NCBI GenBank assembly: GCA_964456955.1
Contig: CAYWDC010000001.1
Span: 1-38,582, forward strand
Length of the DNA stretch: 38,582 nt
Reading direction: 5' to 3'
Source of the DNA: an uncultured Gammaproteobacteria bacterium
Lineage (GTDB): Bacteria; Pseudomonadota; Gammaproteobacteria; JABDGN01
Numbering within the stretch: position 1 is the stretch's first letter; each line of letters opens with the position of its first letter. Below are positions 29,576 through 38,582 of the stretch, in pieces. The notes beneath the pieces are model-generated. The model was not told the DNA's origin. It saw nothing but the letters and a program-made list of their open reading frames with translations, and ran no database searches. The position numbers and the translations under genes were made by a program.

Positions 29576-30010
29576 ATGGATAACGAAATCAAAACCTTAC
29601 ATATCGACATCGTGAGCGCAGAAAAAGCAATCTATTCCGGTGATGTTGCACAGGTGATCGCTAGCGGTCAATCGGGTGAATTGGGTATCATGCCAGGGCA
29701 CACGGCGTTATTAGCCAAATTAAAACCCGGTGCAATCACTTTAGTGAAACACGACGCAACGGATCTGTTTTATATATCGGGAGGGATATTAGAAGTACAA
29801 CCCTATTTGGTGACGGTGCTCGCAGATACGGCAGCACATGCTAGCGATCTTGATGAAATGCAAGTCATTAAAGCGGCAGAGCAAGCGGAAAAAGCACTTA
29901 AAGACAAGCAATCGACCCGCGATTCTATCGCTGCCTCAGCAGAACTGAATAAAGCGATGGCAAAATTGCGCGTTATTTCCAAGCTGCGCCATCGTTTACG
30001 GATGCACTAG
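29576..30010 (+). CDS. atpC: F0F1 ATP synthase subunit epsilon
   Basis: 144 aa. It occupies the last position in the operon, and LHIDIVSAEKAIYSGDV is a typical epsilon N-terminus. Confidence 0.9.
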   Translation: MDNEIKTLHIDIVSAEKAIYSGDVAQVIASGQSGELGIMPGHTALLAKLKPGAITLVKHDATDLFYISGGILEVQPYLVTVLADTAAHASDLDEMQVIKAAEQAEKALKDKQSTRDSIAASAELNKAMAKLRVISKLRHRLRMH

Positions 30011-30095
30011 GTTTTATTTCATTCGCAGTAATTATCTGCAGCGTCGTCTACATTTTTTCTCGAAACACTTTATAATATTTTTTAAGGTAATCGGC

Positions 30096-31460
30096 ATGTC
30101 ATTAAAAGTTGTTATTCTCGCAGCAGGGCAAGGTACACGTATGCGCTCGCAATTGCCTAAGGTATTGCATCAACTTGCTGGCAAACCTTTGTTGCAATGG
30201 GTTTTAGATACCGCCGCGCGTATTCATCCCGTAGAAACATTAGTTGTTTGTGGATATGGTAGTGAGCAAGTCCAGCAAGCATTTGCTCATCTAGACGTTA
30301 CATGGATAGAACAGATTGAGCAGCTAGGCACAGGACATGCGTTGCAGCGAGTATTGTCACAATTGCGGGATCATGATCGTATATTAGTATTGCTTGGTGA
30401 TACACCGTTGATCACCGATAACACCTTAATGCAATTAATCGATAACACCACTGCCAATCAAGTTGGCATCGTCACGGCAAACGTTGACGATCCAAGCGGT
30501 TTAGGTCGCATCTTGCGTGATCATAACCACAACGTTATCAGCATTATCGAAGCAAAGGATGCGGATGCAAACCAGCAAGCGATTACTGAAATTAATACTG
30601 GCATCATGTTGTTGCCGGTACGACCATTAAAGAAGTGGTTACAGCAATTGCAACCCCATAATGTGCAAGGTGAGTATTATCTAACCGATGTGATAGCTCT
30701 TGCCGTTGTCGATGGTGTTGCTATCAAGACGGTACAACCCTTATTCAAAGAAGAGGTTATTGGCGTCAATGATCGCCAACAACTGGCAAGATTAGAAAGG
30801 CTTTATCAGGCATTGATGGCAAAAGAACTAATGCTTGATGGTGTGACTTTGCACGATCCGGCACGTTTTGATGTGCGTGGTGAGCTCGATGTCGGCGAAG
30901 ACGTAACTTTTGACGTTAATGTGATCATCGCAGGTAAGGTAACAATCGGGGGAAGTAGCGCCATCGGTGCAAATGTGATGCTAAAAAACGTAACTATCGG
31001 CAAAAATGTGACAATTTTACCCAATTGTGTTATAGAAGGCTCGGTTATCGGTGATGATTGTACTATTGGCCCATTTGCGCGTTTACGTCCAGGCACGCGA
31101 TTGGCGAATGAAGTCAAGGTGGGTAACTTTGTTGAAACCAAACAAGCTACCCTAGGTGAGAGTTCGAAGTTGCCACACTTGTCATATATTGGCGATGCCG
31201 AAGTAGGCAAACGCGTTAACATTGGTGCTGGCGTGATTACCTGTAACTATGATGGAGTGGAAAAACACAAAACCAACATCGGCGATAATGTTTTTATCGG
31301 TAGCGACAGTCAATTGATCGCACCCGTGGCCATTGGTAAGGGCGCCTACATCGGTGCTGGTTCGAGTATCAGTAAAGACGCTCCTGCTGGTAAACTCACC
31401 GTTGCTCGCGGGAGACAAAAGACGGTTGGGCATTGGGCACCGAAGCAGAGAAAAAAGTAG
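30096..31460 (+). CDS. glmU: Bifunctional UDP-N-acetylglucosamine pyrophosphorylase / glucosamine-1-phosphate N-acetyltransferase
   Basis: 454 aa. The N-terminus is VVILAAGQGTRM, and the C-terminal half is built from hexapeptide (left-handed beta-helix) repeats. Confidence 0.95.
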   Translation: MSLKVVILAAGQGTRMRSQLPKVLHQLAGKPLLQWVLDTAARIHPVETLVVCGYGSEQVQQAFAHLDVTWIEQIEQLGTGHALQRVLSQLRDHDRILVLLGDTPLITDNTLMQLIDNTTANQVGIVTANVDDPSGLGRILRDHNHNVISIIEAKDADANQQAITEINTGIMLLPVRPLKKWLQQLQPHNVQGEYYLTDVIALAVVDGVAIKTVQPLFKEEVIGVNDRQQLARLERLYQALMAKELMLDGVTLHDPARFDVRGELDVGEDVTFDVNVIIAGKVTIGGSSAIGANVMLKNVTIGKNVTILPNCVIEGSVIGDDCTIGPFARLRPGTRLANEVKVGNFVETKQATLGESSKLPHLSYIGDAEVGKRVNIGAGVITCNYDGVEKHKTNIGDNVFIGSDSQLIAPVAIGKGAYIGAGSSISKDAPAGKLTVARGRQKTVGHWAPKQRKK

Positions 31461-31515
31461 TGAGCAAAAAATCTGCTATAATCAATATTACTTTGAATTG
31501 TAGTGATAAGTCACC

Positions 31516-33339
31516 ATGTGCGGCATCATTGGCGCGGTAGCGCAACGAGACATTGTGCCTATTTTATTAGCAGGATTAAAGCGCTTGGAATATCGCGGCT
31601 ATGATTCTGCCGGGATGGCGGTGCTCAATGCTGCGGCACGCATTGAGCATATTCGGCGCGTGGGTAAAGTTATGCAGTTGACAACGGCACTGCAGCAGTC
31701 GCCATTACAAGGCAATACCGGTATCGCACATACGCGTTGGGCAACTCATGGTATGCCGTCTGAAGTCAATGCACACCCACACACCTCACAAAATGAGATC
31801 GCCATCGTCCACAATGGCATTATCGAAAATTATATGGAACTGCGACAGCAGTTATCCGAGCACGGTTATCTTTTTACCTCTGAAACTGATACCGAAGTCG
31901 TTGTCCATCTGATTCATTATTACTTACAACAACATAATTTGCTTGCTGCGGTGCAAACGGCAACCACAAAACTTAAGGGCGCTTATGCATTGGGAGTTAT
32001 CGATTGCAAACAGCCACAACGTTTAATCGCTGTACGTTGTGGCAGTCCCTTGATCATCGGCGTCGGTAGCGGTGAGCACTTTATTGCCTCCGATCAGGTA
32101 GCGTTGTTGCCGGTAACACAGAACTTTATCTTCTTAGAAGATGGTGATCTTGCTGATCTTAACCAACGCGGTTTTTCGATTTATGATATTCATGGCAAAA
32201 AAACAACACGTGAAATGCACCAGTCACGGCTATCTGCACAACAGATCATGAAGAATGGTTATCGTCATTTCATGTTAAAAGAAATTTACGAACAACCACA
32301 GGCAATCATTGATACCTTAGAGCATCGTATTCTCGGTGAAAAGATAGTCATGGAGAGTTTCGGTAATCAGGGGGCTGATATTTTTACGCGGTTAGAACGC
32401 ATCCAAATTGTTGCTTGTGGCACTAGCTATCATGCTGGCATGATAGCAAAATATTGGCTAGAAAGTTTGGCAAACATTCCTTCTCAAGTAGAAATTGCCA
32501 GTGAATTTCGTTATCGGGATAATGTCGTTGAGGATAATCAGTTATTTATTACACTTTCACAATCGGGTGAAACCGCAGATACGTTGGCGGCCCTACGCAA
32601 GGCAAAAAACAGCAACTATTTGGCGACGTTGGCAGTTTGCAATGTCGCTGAAAGTTCCTTGGTAAGAGAGTCCGATCTCTATCTTGCGACACGTGCCGGT
32701 GCGGAAATTGGAGTTGCGTCGACCAAGGCGTTCACTACTCAATTGAACGCATTGTTACTATTGACTGCTGCACTGGTGCAACAACGGAAGATAACTTTAC
32801 CGTTTTCGTTGCCAAACGTGTTACGGGAAATTCCACAGCATGTTGAAAAAGTATTGGCATTAAATGATATCATTGTGCAACTTTCTGAAACTTTTGCCAA
32901 CAAATATAATACCTTGTTTTTAGGGCGTGGGATGCAATATCCGATCGCGTTAGAAGGTGCGTTGAAGCTGAAAGAAACTTCCTATATTCATGCCGAAGCC
33001 TATCCTGCCGGGGAATTAAAGCACGGTCCATTAGCGCTGATCGACGAAGACATGCCAGTGATTGCTATTGCGCCAAACAATGCATTATTAGGAAAACTGC
33101 TATCCAATTTGCAAGAGGTCAAGGCGCGTGGCGGCAAATTGATTATTTTTGCCGATCAACAGTTAGATTTGCCGATAGACAAGAATGTTACTATTATTAC
33201 TATGCCGGAAGTCAATGATATCATTGCACCGATTATTTATGCTGTGCCGTTACAGCTATTGGCGTATCACGTAGCCATCATTAAAGGCACCGACATCGAT
33301 CAACCACGTAATCTGGCAAAATCGGTTACTGTAGAATAG
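31516..33339 (+). CDS. glmS: Glutamine--fructose-6-phosphate aminotransferase
   Basis: 607 aa. It has the MCGIIGAV Ntn nucleophile Cys, two SIS domains, and the C-terminal KSVTVE. Confidence 0.97.
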   Translation: MCGIIGAVAQRDIVPILLAGLKRLEYRGYDSAGMAVLNAAARIEHIRRVGKVMQLTTALQQSPLQGNTGIAHTRWATHGMPSEVNAHPHTSQNEIAIVHNGIIENYMELRQQLSEHGYLFTSETDTEVVVHLIHYYLQQHNLLAAVQTATTKLKGAYALGVIDCKQPQRLIAVRCGSPLIIGVGSGEHFIASDQVALLPVTQNFIFLEDGDLADLNQRGFSIYDIHGKKTTREMHQSRLSAQQIMKNGYRHFMLKEIYEQPQAIIDTLEHRILGEKIVMESFGNQGADIFTRLERIQIVACGTSYHAGMIAKYWLESLANIPSQVEIASEFRYRDNVVEDNQLFITLSQSGETADTLAALRKAKNSNYLATLAVCNVAESSLVRESDLYLATRAGAEIGVASTKAFTTQLNALLLLTAALVQQRKITLPFSLPNVLREIPQHVEKVLALNDIIVQLSETFANKYNTLFLGRGMQYPIALEGALKLKETSYIHAEAYPAGELKHGPLALIDEDMPVIAIAPNNALLGKLLSNLQEVKARGGKLIIFADQQLDLPIDKNVTIITMPEVNDIIAPIIYAVPLQLLAYHVAIIKGTDIDQPRNLAKSVTVE

Positions 33340-33405
33340 TAAGCGTTTCCATCATGAGTGCATTTCTGACTTTATTTTCAAAAATACAAAGTGTTATAGG
33401 TTTGA

Positions 33406-33437
33406 TTGCCTGCATCGAATACCAAGGCAAATTTTTT
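33406..33437 (+). terminator. Weak terminator-like hairpin between convergent glmS and prlC
   Basis: TTGCCT (33406-33411) pairs with AGGCAA (33425-33430) across a 13-nt loop, followed by A and T6 (33432-33437). The stem is short and the loop large. Confidence 0.3.
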
Positions 33438-33456
33438 GCTCGATAGGCTGGCGCTT

Positions 33457-35469
33457 TTATGTGGTCTTGATTCCGTAATAATCCAACAACGCAGTATTAT
33501 GTAGTGCACGTCCCATAAATTCGATAAAGAGTTTTTCGGGAGTAACACTGCCGCCTTTGGCGAGCACGGTGTTTTTAAATTGTTCCCCGAGTTGGCGATT
33601 GAAGATGCCATGTCGTTTGAAGGTAGAGAAGGCGTCACGTGCCAATACCTCCGCCCATAGATAGCTATAATAACCGGCGGCGTAGCCACCAGCAAAAATG
33701 TGCTCAAAACTGTGTGCGAAACGATGATAATCGGGTATTGGCATGATGGCAACAGCATTGCGTATCAGTTGCAGCGTTTTTTGTACGTCTTCTTTTGTGC
33801 ACTTATGGTCGATATGTAAGCGCATATCGAATAGTGCAAACTCTAATTGGCGAATGAGAAATAATGCGGCTTGAAAATTTTTCGCTGCGATCAGTTTGTT
33901 AATTAATTCGTCTGGTAGTGGTTCTCCGCTATTATAGTGCGAAGATAATAAGCGCAAACTCTCGGGTTGCCAGCACCATGCTTCAAAAAACTGACTGGGA
34001 AATTCTACCGCATCCCAAGGTACGTTGTTTAGGCCAGATACATTAACATGGTCAATTTTTGTCAATAAATGTTGCAGGCAGTGGCCAAATTCATGAAATA
34101 GAGTGATTATATCTTCGTGTTTAAGCAATGCTGGTTGTTGTTCGGTGGCATTAGCAAAGTTACAATTCAATAAAGCAATGGGTAATTGCACTTTACCATC
34201 GGCAAGCTTACGCCGCGAGACGAGTTCATCCATCCATGCGCCACCACGCTTGTTTGCTCGCGTGTACAAGTCAAAGTAGATACCACCGAGTAATGCATCG
34301 TCTTCATCATAGAGTTCATAAAAAATTACATCAGGATGCCAAACACAGGCCTGCTTTTGCCTAAACGAAATGCCATAGAGTTTGTTAGCGATGGTAAATA
34401 ATCCGCTGATAACCGTGGTCACAGGAAAATAAGCGCGTACGGTTTCACTGTTGATAGCATATTCTTTCTGGCGCAATTTTTCGCTGTAGTAAGCGACATC
34501 CCAAGGATGTAATGTTGATTGTGAAGTTTGTGTAAAGTGCTGCAAGTTTTCCAGTTCCGCCTTAGCTGCCGGTTTGACTTTTAATACCAGATCTTGCAAA
34601 AAATCAAGCACCTGTTGCGATGAATTTGCCATTTTTGGTTGTAGTGATAATTCCGCGTAGTTGGCAAACCCTAACAGTTCTGCTAGCTCATGGCGCAGTT
34701 GTAGGATCTCTTGTATTGGTACCGAATTGTCATATGCTGCTGCATGTGGGCCTTGATCGGAAGCGCGTGTGCTAAACGCGTGGTAGAACTCTTCACGCAA
34801 TGTGGTTGAATCTGCGTACGTAATCACATCGTGATAACAAGGATAATCGAGTGTCAATAACCAACCGGACATGCCTCTTGCTGCTGCGGCTTGTTGTGCG
34901 GCGTGCCGGCGTTTTTCTGGTAAGCCAGCCAGCTTATCGACATCGGTAAGATGTTTTTCCCAAGCTTTGGTGCTGTCGAGAACGTTTTCCGAAAATTTAC
35001 TACTCAGTGCTGACAATTGAGTGCTAATCGTCTTATAGCGTTGCTGTTGCTGCGATGGCAAGTTTATCCCTGATAAACGAAAGTCGCGCAATGCATAGTC
35101 GATGCAAGCTTGTTGTGCTTTATCAAAGTCTTTGAATGCTTCGCTCTCTTTAATGAGTTGATAAGCGGCAAATAGCTGTTTATTCTGTCCTATCTCGGCG
35201 GCATAATTGCTTAACAATGGCAAGCAGGAATTATAGGCCACTCGCAGCTTATCGTTGTTGCTGACGGCATTCAAATGACTAATCGGCGCCCAAAATTGAT
35301 TCAGGCGATCATCTAAATCATCTAATGGTGCAATAAGGGTTTCCCAGGTTGGCTGCGGGTTTTCTAGGTAACTTGCCAATTTTTGGCGATTATCATTTAA
35401 TAGCTTCTTTAGATCAGCAACAACGCGGCTGTGATCAATAGTAAAATCAGGGATTTTTAGGATATTCAT
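33457..35469 (-). CDS. prlC: Oligopeptidase A (M3 family zinc metallopeptidase)
   Basis: 670 aa. The zinc motif is HEFGHCLQH, followed downstream by EFPSQFFE. The length is typical of PrlC. Confidence 0.9.
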   Translation of the reverse strand: MNILKIPDFTIDHSRVVADLKKLLNDNRQKLASYLENPQPTWETLIAPLDDLDDRLNQFWAPISHLNAVSNNDKLRVAYNSCLPLLSNYAAEIGQNKQLFAAYQLIKESEAFKDFDKAQQACIDYALRDFRLSGINLPSQQQQRYKTISTQLSALSSKFSENVLDSTKAWEKHLTDVDKLAGLPEKRRHAAQQAAAARGMSGWLLTLDYPCYHDVITYADSTTLREEFYHAFSTRASDQGPHAAAYDNSVPIQEILQLRHELAELLGFANYAELSLQPKMANSSQQVLDFLQDLVLKVKPAAKAELENLQHFTQTSQSTLHPWDVAYYSEKLRQKEYAINSETVRAYFPVTTVISGLFTIANKLYGISFRQKQACVWHPDVIFYELYDEDDALLGGIYFDLYTRANKRGGAWMDELVSRRKLADGKVQLPIALLNCNFANATEQQPALLKHEDIITLFHEFGHCLQHLLTKIDHVNVSGLNNVPWDAVEFPSQFFEAWCWQPESLRLLSSHYNSGEPLPDELINKLIAAKNFQAALFLIRQLEFALFDMRLHIDHKCTKEDVQKTLQLIRNAVAIMPIPDYHRFAHSFEHIFAGGYAAGYYSYLWAEVLARDAFSTFKRHGIFNRQLGEQFKNTVLAKGGSVTPEKLFIEFMGRALHNTALLDYYGIKTT

Positions 35470-35588
35470 GCGTCAAGCTATTCTATTTAATTAAGCAGTG
35501 TCATAACCTTATAGCAGATGCTATTGTTTCCAGCTGCTGTGCCAGAAGAACTGCCTTCCGGGAAAATACAGTGATCCGCATACTAAAT

Positions 35589-37202
35589 CTATTCCACAAT
35601 CGATTGCTTGTTATATGCCTCGGGAAATAAATAGCGTTCTCGCTCGAGCTGCTCTTGCGTTGCTGAGGCCGATAAACGTTGCGCTAGGGCAATAAAGAAG
35701 ATGGCCACACTGAATATGGTTAAAGCAATCATGTCGATGCCAAATGGCAAGCGCCCTTTACCGCCGCCAAAGTTACCGTAGTAAGAAAATAATGCCATTC
35801 CAGCAAGGTAGAGCGCCAACCACCATGCCTGTTTAAGATGCAATGCTGGTTTTGGTGGTCGTTGTTGTAGACGATAAATCATTAACAATAGCAAGCCAAT
35901 GAGTATAACAACTAGCATTTCCCACATCGTTTGCCAGCCAGCCCAGTAAGCAATTAAACTTAAAATTACAAAACTTAATAGCGACAGCAAAGTTGCTGCT
36001 GGCAGGCGAAATGGTCGATATATGTTGGGGACTTGTTTACGCATGGCGACTAACGTAATCGGTACGATGGCATGTGAGATTACTAATGCAGTGATAACAA
36101 AGCCGACTAATTCTTTCCAACCTGGAAGTGGGGCTAATAGAATCAAGCCGACGATCAGATTGACGATAATCGCTACATAGGGCACTTTCTGTCGACTCAA
36201 TTTGAGCATGCCTTGTGGTGCGTAACCATTTTTGCTCATTGCGTAGTTCACCCTTGCTGTGGTAGTGACGATCATTAAAGCACTGCCAAAGGCTGAAATG
36301 ATGGCAGCAGTATATATGAGCGCAATTAACCACGTTAGGCCGATTTTTGCAGCAATGCCGACAAAAGGACCGCTATCACCAGCAAAACGCAATGCGGCCC
36401 AACCGTTTGCTAAGGCGTTAGCTGGTATGGCGACAATAAAAGTATATTGAATGAGTACATACAGCAGCATGCAAATGACCAGCGAACCAATGATTGCTAG
36501 AGGCAATGCTACTTGTGGGTTTTTTGCTTCACCACCAAGTTCCACCGAAATACGAAAGCCAAAAAAGGCAAAGATGACTCCTGCTAATGGCAACGACAGC
36601 AGCACACCTTTAATACCATAAGGGGCGAAACCACCATGGCCAGTAAAATTGTTAGGATGGAAATCGACCAACAGTAGTGTAGCAACAATAATGAGCGGTA
36701 AGAGTAATTTTAGTGCCACCAATAGATTATTGAATTTTATTACTAAACGAATACCGTAGATATTAATTGTGCTCATTATAATGAGCAACAATGCGGCGGC
36801 CAGATAGCCTACGACCGATAAGCCGATGTCATTGTGCCCATGGTAGGCAACCAACTCTGGAAAATACGATCCGAGGTATTGAAGCAAAGTTTGCACCTCT
36901 GTTGGTGTGATAAGTGAATAAGCGATCCAGGCGATCCAGGTCATGATATAGCTGACTAGAGAACCATGGCTAAATTGTGGAAAGCGCGCAATACCTCCAG
37001 CGAGCGGTATCATGGCGGAAAGCTCGCTAAAGGTTAATGCGACGATGATAATTATGGCACCACCCAATAACCAACTACAAATCGCCGCAGGTCCAGCCAG
37101 TTTGGCGGTATATAATGGTCCAACTAACCAGCCAGCACCCAGCACTCCGCCGATTGACACAAACAGTAAGCTGATATTGCCGATAACACGTTGTACTTGC
37201 AT
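35589..37202 (-). CDS. APC-superfamily amino acid permease with an extended C-terminal TM region
   Basis: 537 aa, polytopic. The N-terminal GGVLGAGWLVGP resembles the APC consensus region. The substrate was not recognised. Confidence 0.7.
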   Translation of the reverse strand: MQVQRVIGNISLLFVSIGGVLGAGWLVGPLYTAKLAGPAAICSWLLGGAIIIIVALTFSELSAMIPLAGGIARFPQFSHGSLVSYIMTWIAWIAYSLITPTEVQTLLQYLGSYFPELVAYHGHNDIGLSVVGYLAAALLLIIMSTINIYGIRLVIKFNNLLVALKLLLPLIIVATLLLVDFHPNNFTGHGGFAPYGIKGVLLSLPLAGVIFAFFGFRISVELGGEAKNPQVALPLAIIGSLVICMLLYVLIQYTFIVAIPANALANGWAALRFAGDSGPFVGIAAKIGLTWLIALIYTAAIISAFGSALMIVTTTARVNYAMSKNGYAPQGMLKLSRQKVPYVAIIVNLIVGLILLAPLPGWKELVGFVITALVISHAIVPITLVAMRKQVPNIYRPFRLPAATLLSLLSFVILSLIAYWAGWQTMWEMLVVILIGLLLLMIYRLQQRPPKPALHLKQAWWLALYLAGMALFSYYGNFGGGKGRLPFGIDMIALTIFSVAIFFIALAQRLSASATQEQLERERYLFPEAYNKQSIVE

Positions 37203-37504
37203 CGATAAAAAATCCTTAATATAAATTGCTACTAAAATTAATTAAACTGAGAGAAGAATAAAGAATCTTAAAAAATAATAGTCGATGATCCTACTATGAT
37301 GCGAACAAATAAGCCGTGAAAAATTCAATCGCAGCGTTAACTAGAACAATAGAAGCCGTTAGCAATGCTAAGATTTTCGTTGTCATAATAGTCAACATTT
37401 ACATAATGAAAAATACTATTGCAAAAAAATTCGTCCATGTCAAGTGTGACACATACACTACAAGCTACGATATAGCGGTTCAATTTCGTTATGCTGGCAA
37501 TAAT

Positions 37505-38428
37505 TCAGAATTTTTCATGTTGTAATCGATCCATGGCTTTTTGCCAGCGCATATCATAAGGCGCTTCGGCACGGATCCACTGTTTATTGAGTCTAAGAAC
37601 TATTTTCTGTGCATGTAGGAATAAGCGTTTGATGCTGTAATGTTTAGCGTAGTATCGATTGCTGAGTTTGTCATTATAACGGTTATCACCAATAATCGCA
37701 TGCCCTGCATGTTGGCAATGTACTCGAATTTGATGCATGCGGCCGGTTTGTGGGAAAGCCGCTAACAAAGTGGCATCCTTAAATCTGCGCAACACATAAA
37801 AGGAGGTACATGCTGTTTGTCCTTTGCTGTTCACTTGCACATGGCGCTCGCCAGAAACACGTTCATGTTTATATAGCGGAGCGTCGATTTGGCTGACTTC
37901 TTTCGGCCATTTTCCGCTCACCAATACATGATAAGTCTTGCACACTTGTTTTGTACGCCATAGCTCATGGCACTGTTTCAATACCGCACGATTTTTAGCA
38001 ATTAATACACAGCCTGAGGTATCTCGATCGATACGATGAGCCAATGCCAGTTGCTTTTCTTGCGGTCGTAATGTTCGTAGCGCTTCAATTAAGCCACTCT
38101 GAACCCCGGTGCCGCGATGTACCGCTAAGCCAGAAGGTTTATTCACTATCAATACCTCCGTATCTTCAAACAGCACTGCTTGTTGTAAATAATCACGTAA
38201 GGCGTCACTTATTACATCCAATGTTTGCGGTTTAGCCATACGAATTTTTGGCACATATAATCGATCACCGTCCTGTAGCCTATATTCCACTTTGACGCGT
38301 TTGCCATTGATTCTAATGGCACCGGTACGCAACAAACGATAGAGCAAACCCTTGGGTACGCCTTTTAACTCGCGCAACAAATAATTATCTAAGCGTTGTT
38401 GTTGGTAAGGAGCATCAATAATGATCAT
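37505..38428 (-). CDS. rluC: 23S rRNA pseudouridine synthase, RluC-like (RluA family with an S4 domain)
   Basis: 307 aa. The N-terminal S4-like RLDNYLLRELKGVPKGLLYRLLRTGAIRINGKRVK parallels E. coli RluC, and the catalytic motif HRIDRDTSG is present. Confidence 0.85.
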   Translation of the reverse strand: MIIIDAPYQQQRLDNYLLRELKGVPKGLLYRLLRTGAIRINGKRVKVEYRLQDGDRLYVPKIRMAKPQTLDVISDALRDYLQQAVLFEDTEVLIVNKPSGLAVHRGTGVQSGLIEALRTLRPQEKQLALAHRIDRDTSGCVLIAKNRAVLKQCHELWRTKQVCKTYHVLVSGKWPKEVSQIDAPLYKHERVSGERHVQVNSKGQTACTSFYVLRRFKDATLLAAFPQTGRMHQIRVHCQHAGHAIIGDNRYNDKLSNRYYAKHYSIKRLFLHAQKIVLRLNKQWIRAEAPYDMRWQKAMDRLQHEKF

Positions 38429-38582
38429 CTACACTGATAGCTTAATAAAATTAAACATAGATGCTAGCATGCAAAGCACAACCATGACTAGTGGGAGACG
38501 CAAAGCAATATTCAATATCTGACCAATGGCTAAACCTGTCACTAGAAAAGACAGTCTTTGAAATAACTGTACAGTACTAATT

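Noticed and set aside
33378-33758. 126-aa minus-strand ORF overlapping the prlC 3' end.
   Set aside because: It is out of frame within the conserved oligopeptidase A gene and has no motifs.
37294-37386. 30-codon hydrophobic minus-strand ORF (MTTKILALLTASIVLVNAAIEFFTAYLFAS) in the 300-nt leader of the APC permease, a possible small membrane peptide or type I toxin. The plus-strand ORF 37316..37525 lies in the same region.
   Set aside because: There is no Shine-Dalgarno, no recognisable family and no antisense-RNA-like structure. AT-rich spacers readily yield short hydrophobic ORFs. The plus-strand 69-aa ORF likewise has no support.

Overview
This 38.6-kb chromosomal window comes from a moderately AT-rich gammaproteobacterium. 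Hand-sampled lines give roughly 42-47% GC in core genes. I cannot assign a taxon without a database search. Gene order resembles the E. coli/Pseudomonas arrangement in three places: tolC / cpdA-parE...parC, yggT...pilT, and atpIBEFHAGDC-glmU-glmS.

Most of the window is intact housekeeping. On the minus strand these are tolC-hemB-thiM-thiE-thiD, a DHA2 MFS pump, an orphan methyltransferase, yihG, lptM, yajQ, a short MscS-like gene, yggT, prlC, an APC permease and rluC. On the plus strand these are cpdA, an MFS transporter, ppc, ilvE, metK, a carboxylesterase, a ferritin-like protein, pilT, the complete nine-gene F1Fo ATP synthase operon, glmU and glmS.

I saw no rRNA, tRNA, CRISPR array, transposase, integrase, phage genes or recognisable defence or toxin-antitoxin system.

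The most unusual feature is that the topoisomerase IV locus is in ruins. Directly after cpdA lies a stub of about 25 codons of parE with a frameshift. An intact MFS gene follows. Next comes a frameshifted parC 5' fragment that ends where the catalytic-Tyr motif should be. An intact PEP carboxylase gene (ppc) sits where the middle of parC should be. Last is a parC 3' relic that stays in one frame but carries two in-frame stops.

Other points are two AT-rich single-gene islets, several oversized and apparently dead spacers, a mini MscS lacking the C-terminal domain, an ATP synthase c subunit with a C-terminal tail, and a small lipoprotein gene that the ORF track misses.

All homology statements rest on my own recall of conserved family motifs and on hand translation. 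Nothing was searched against a database.
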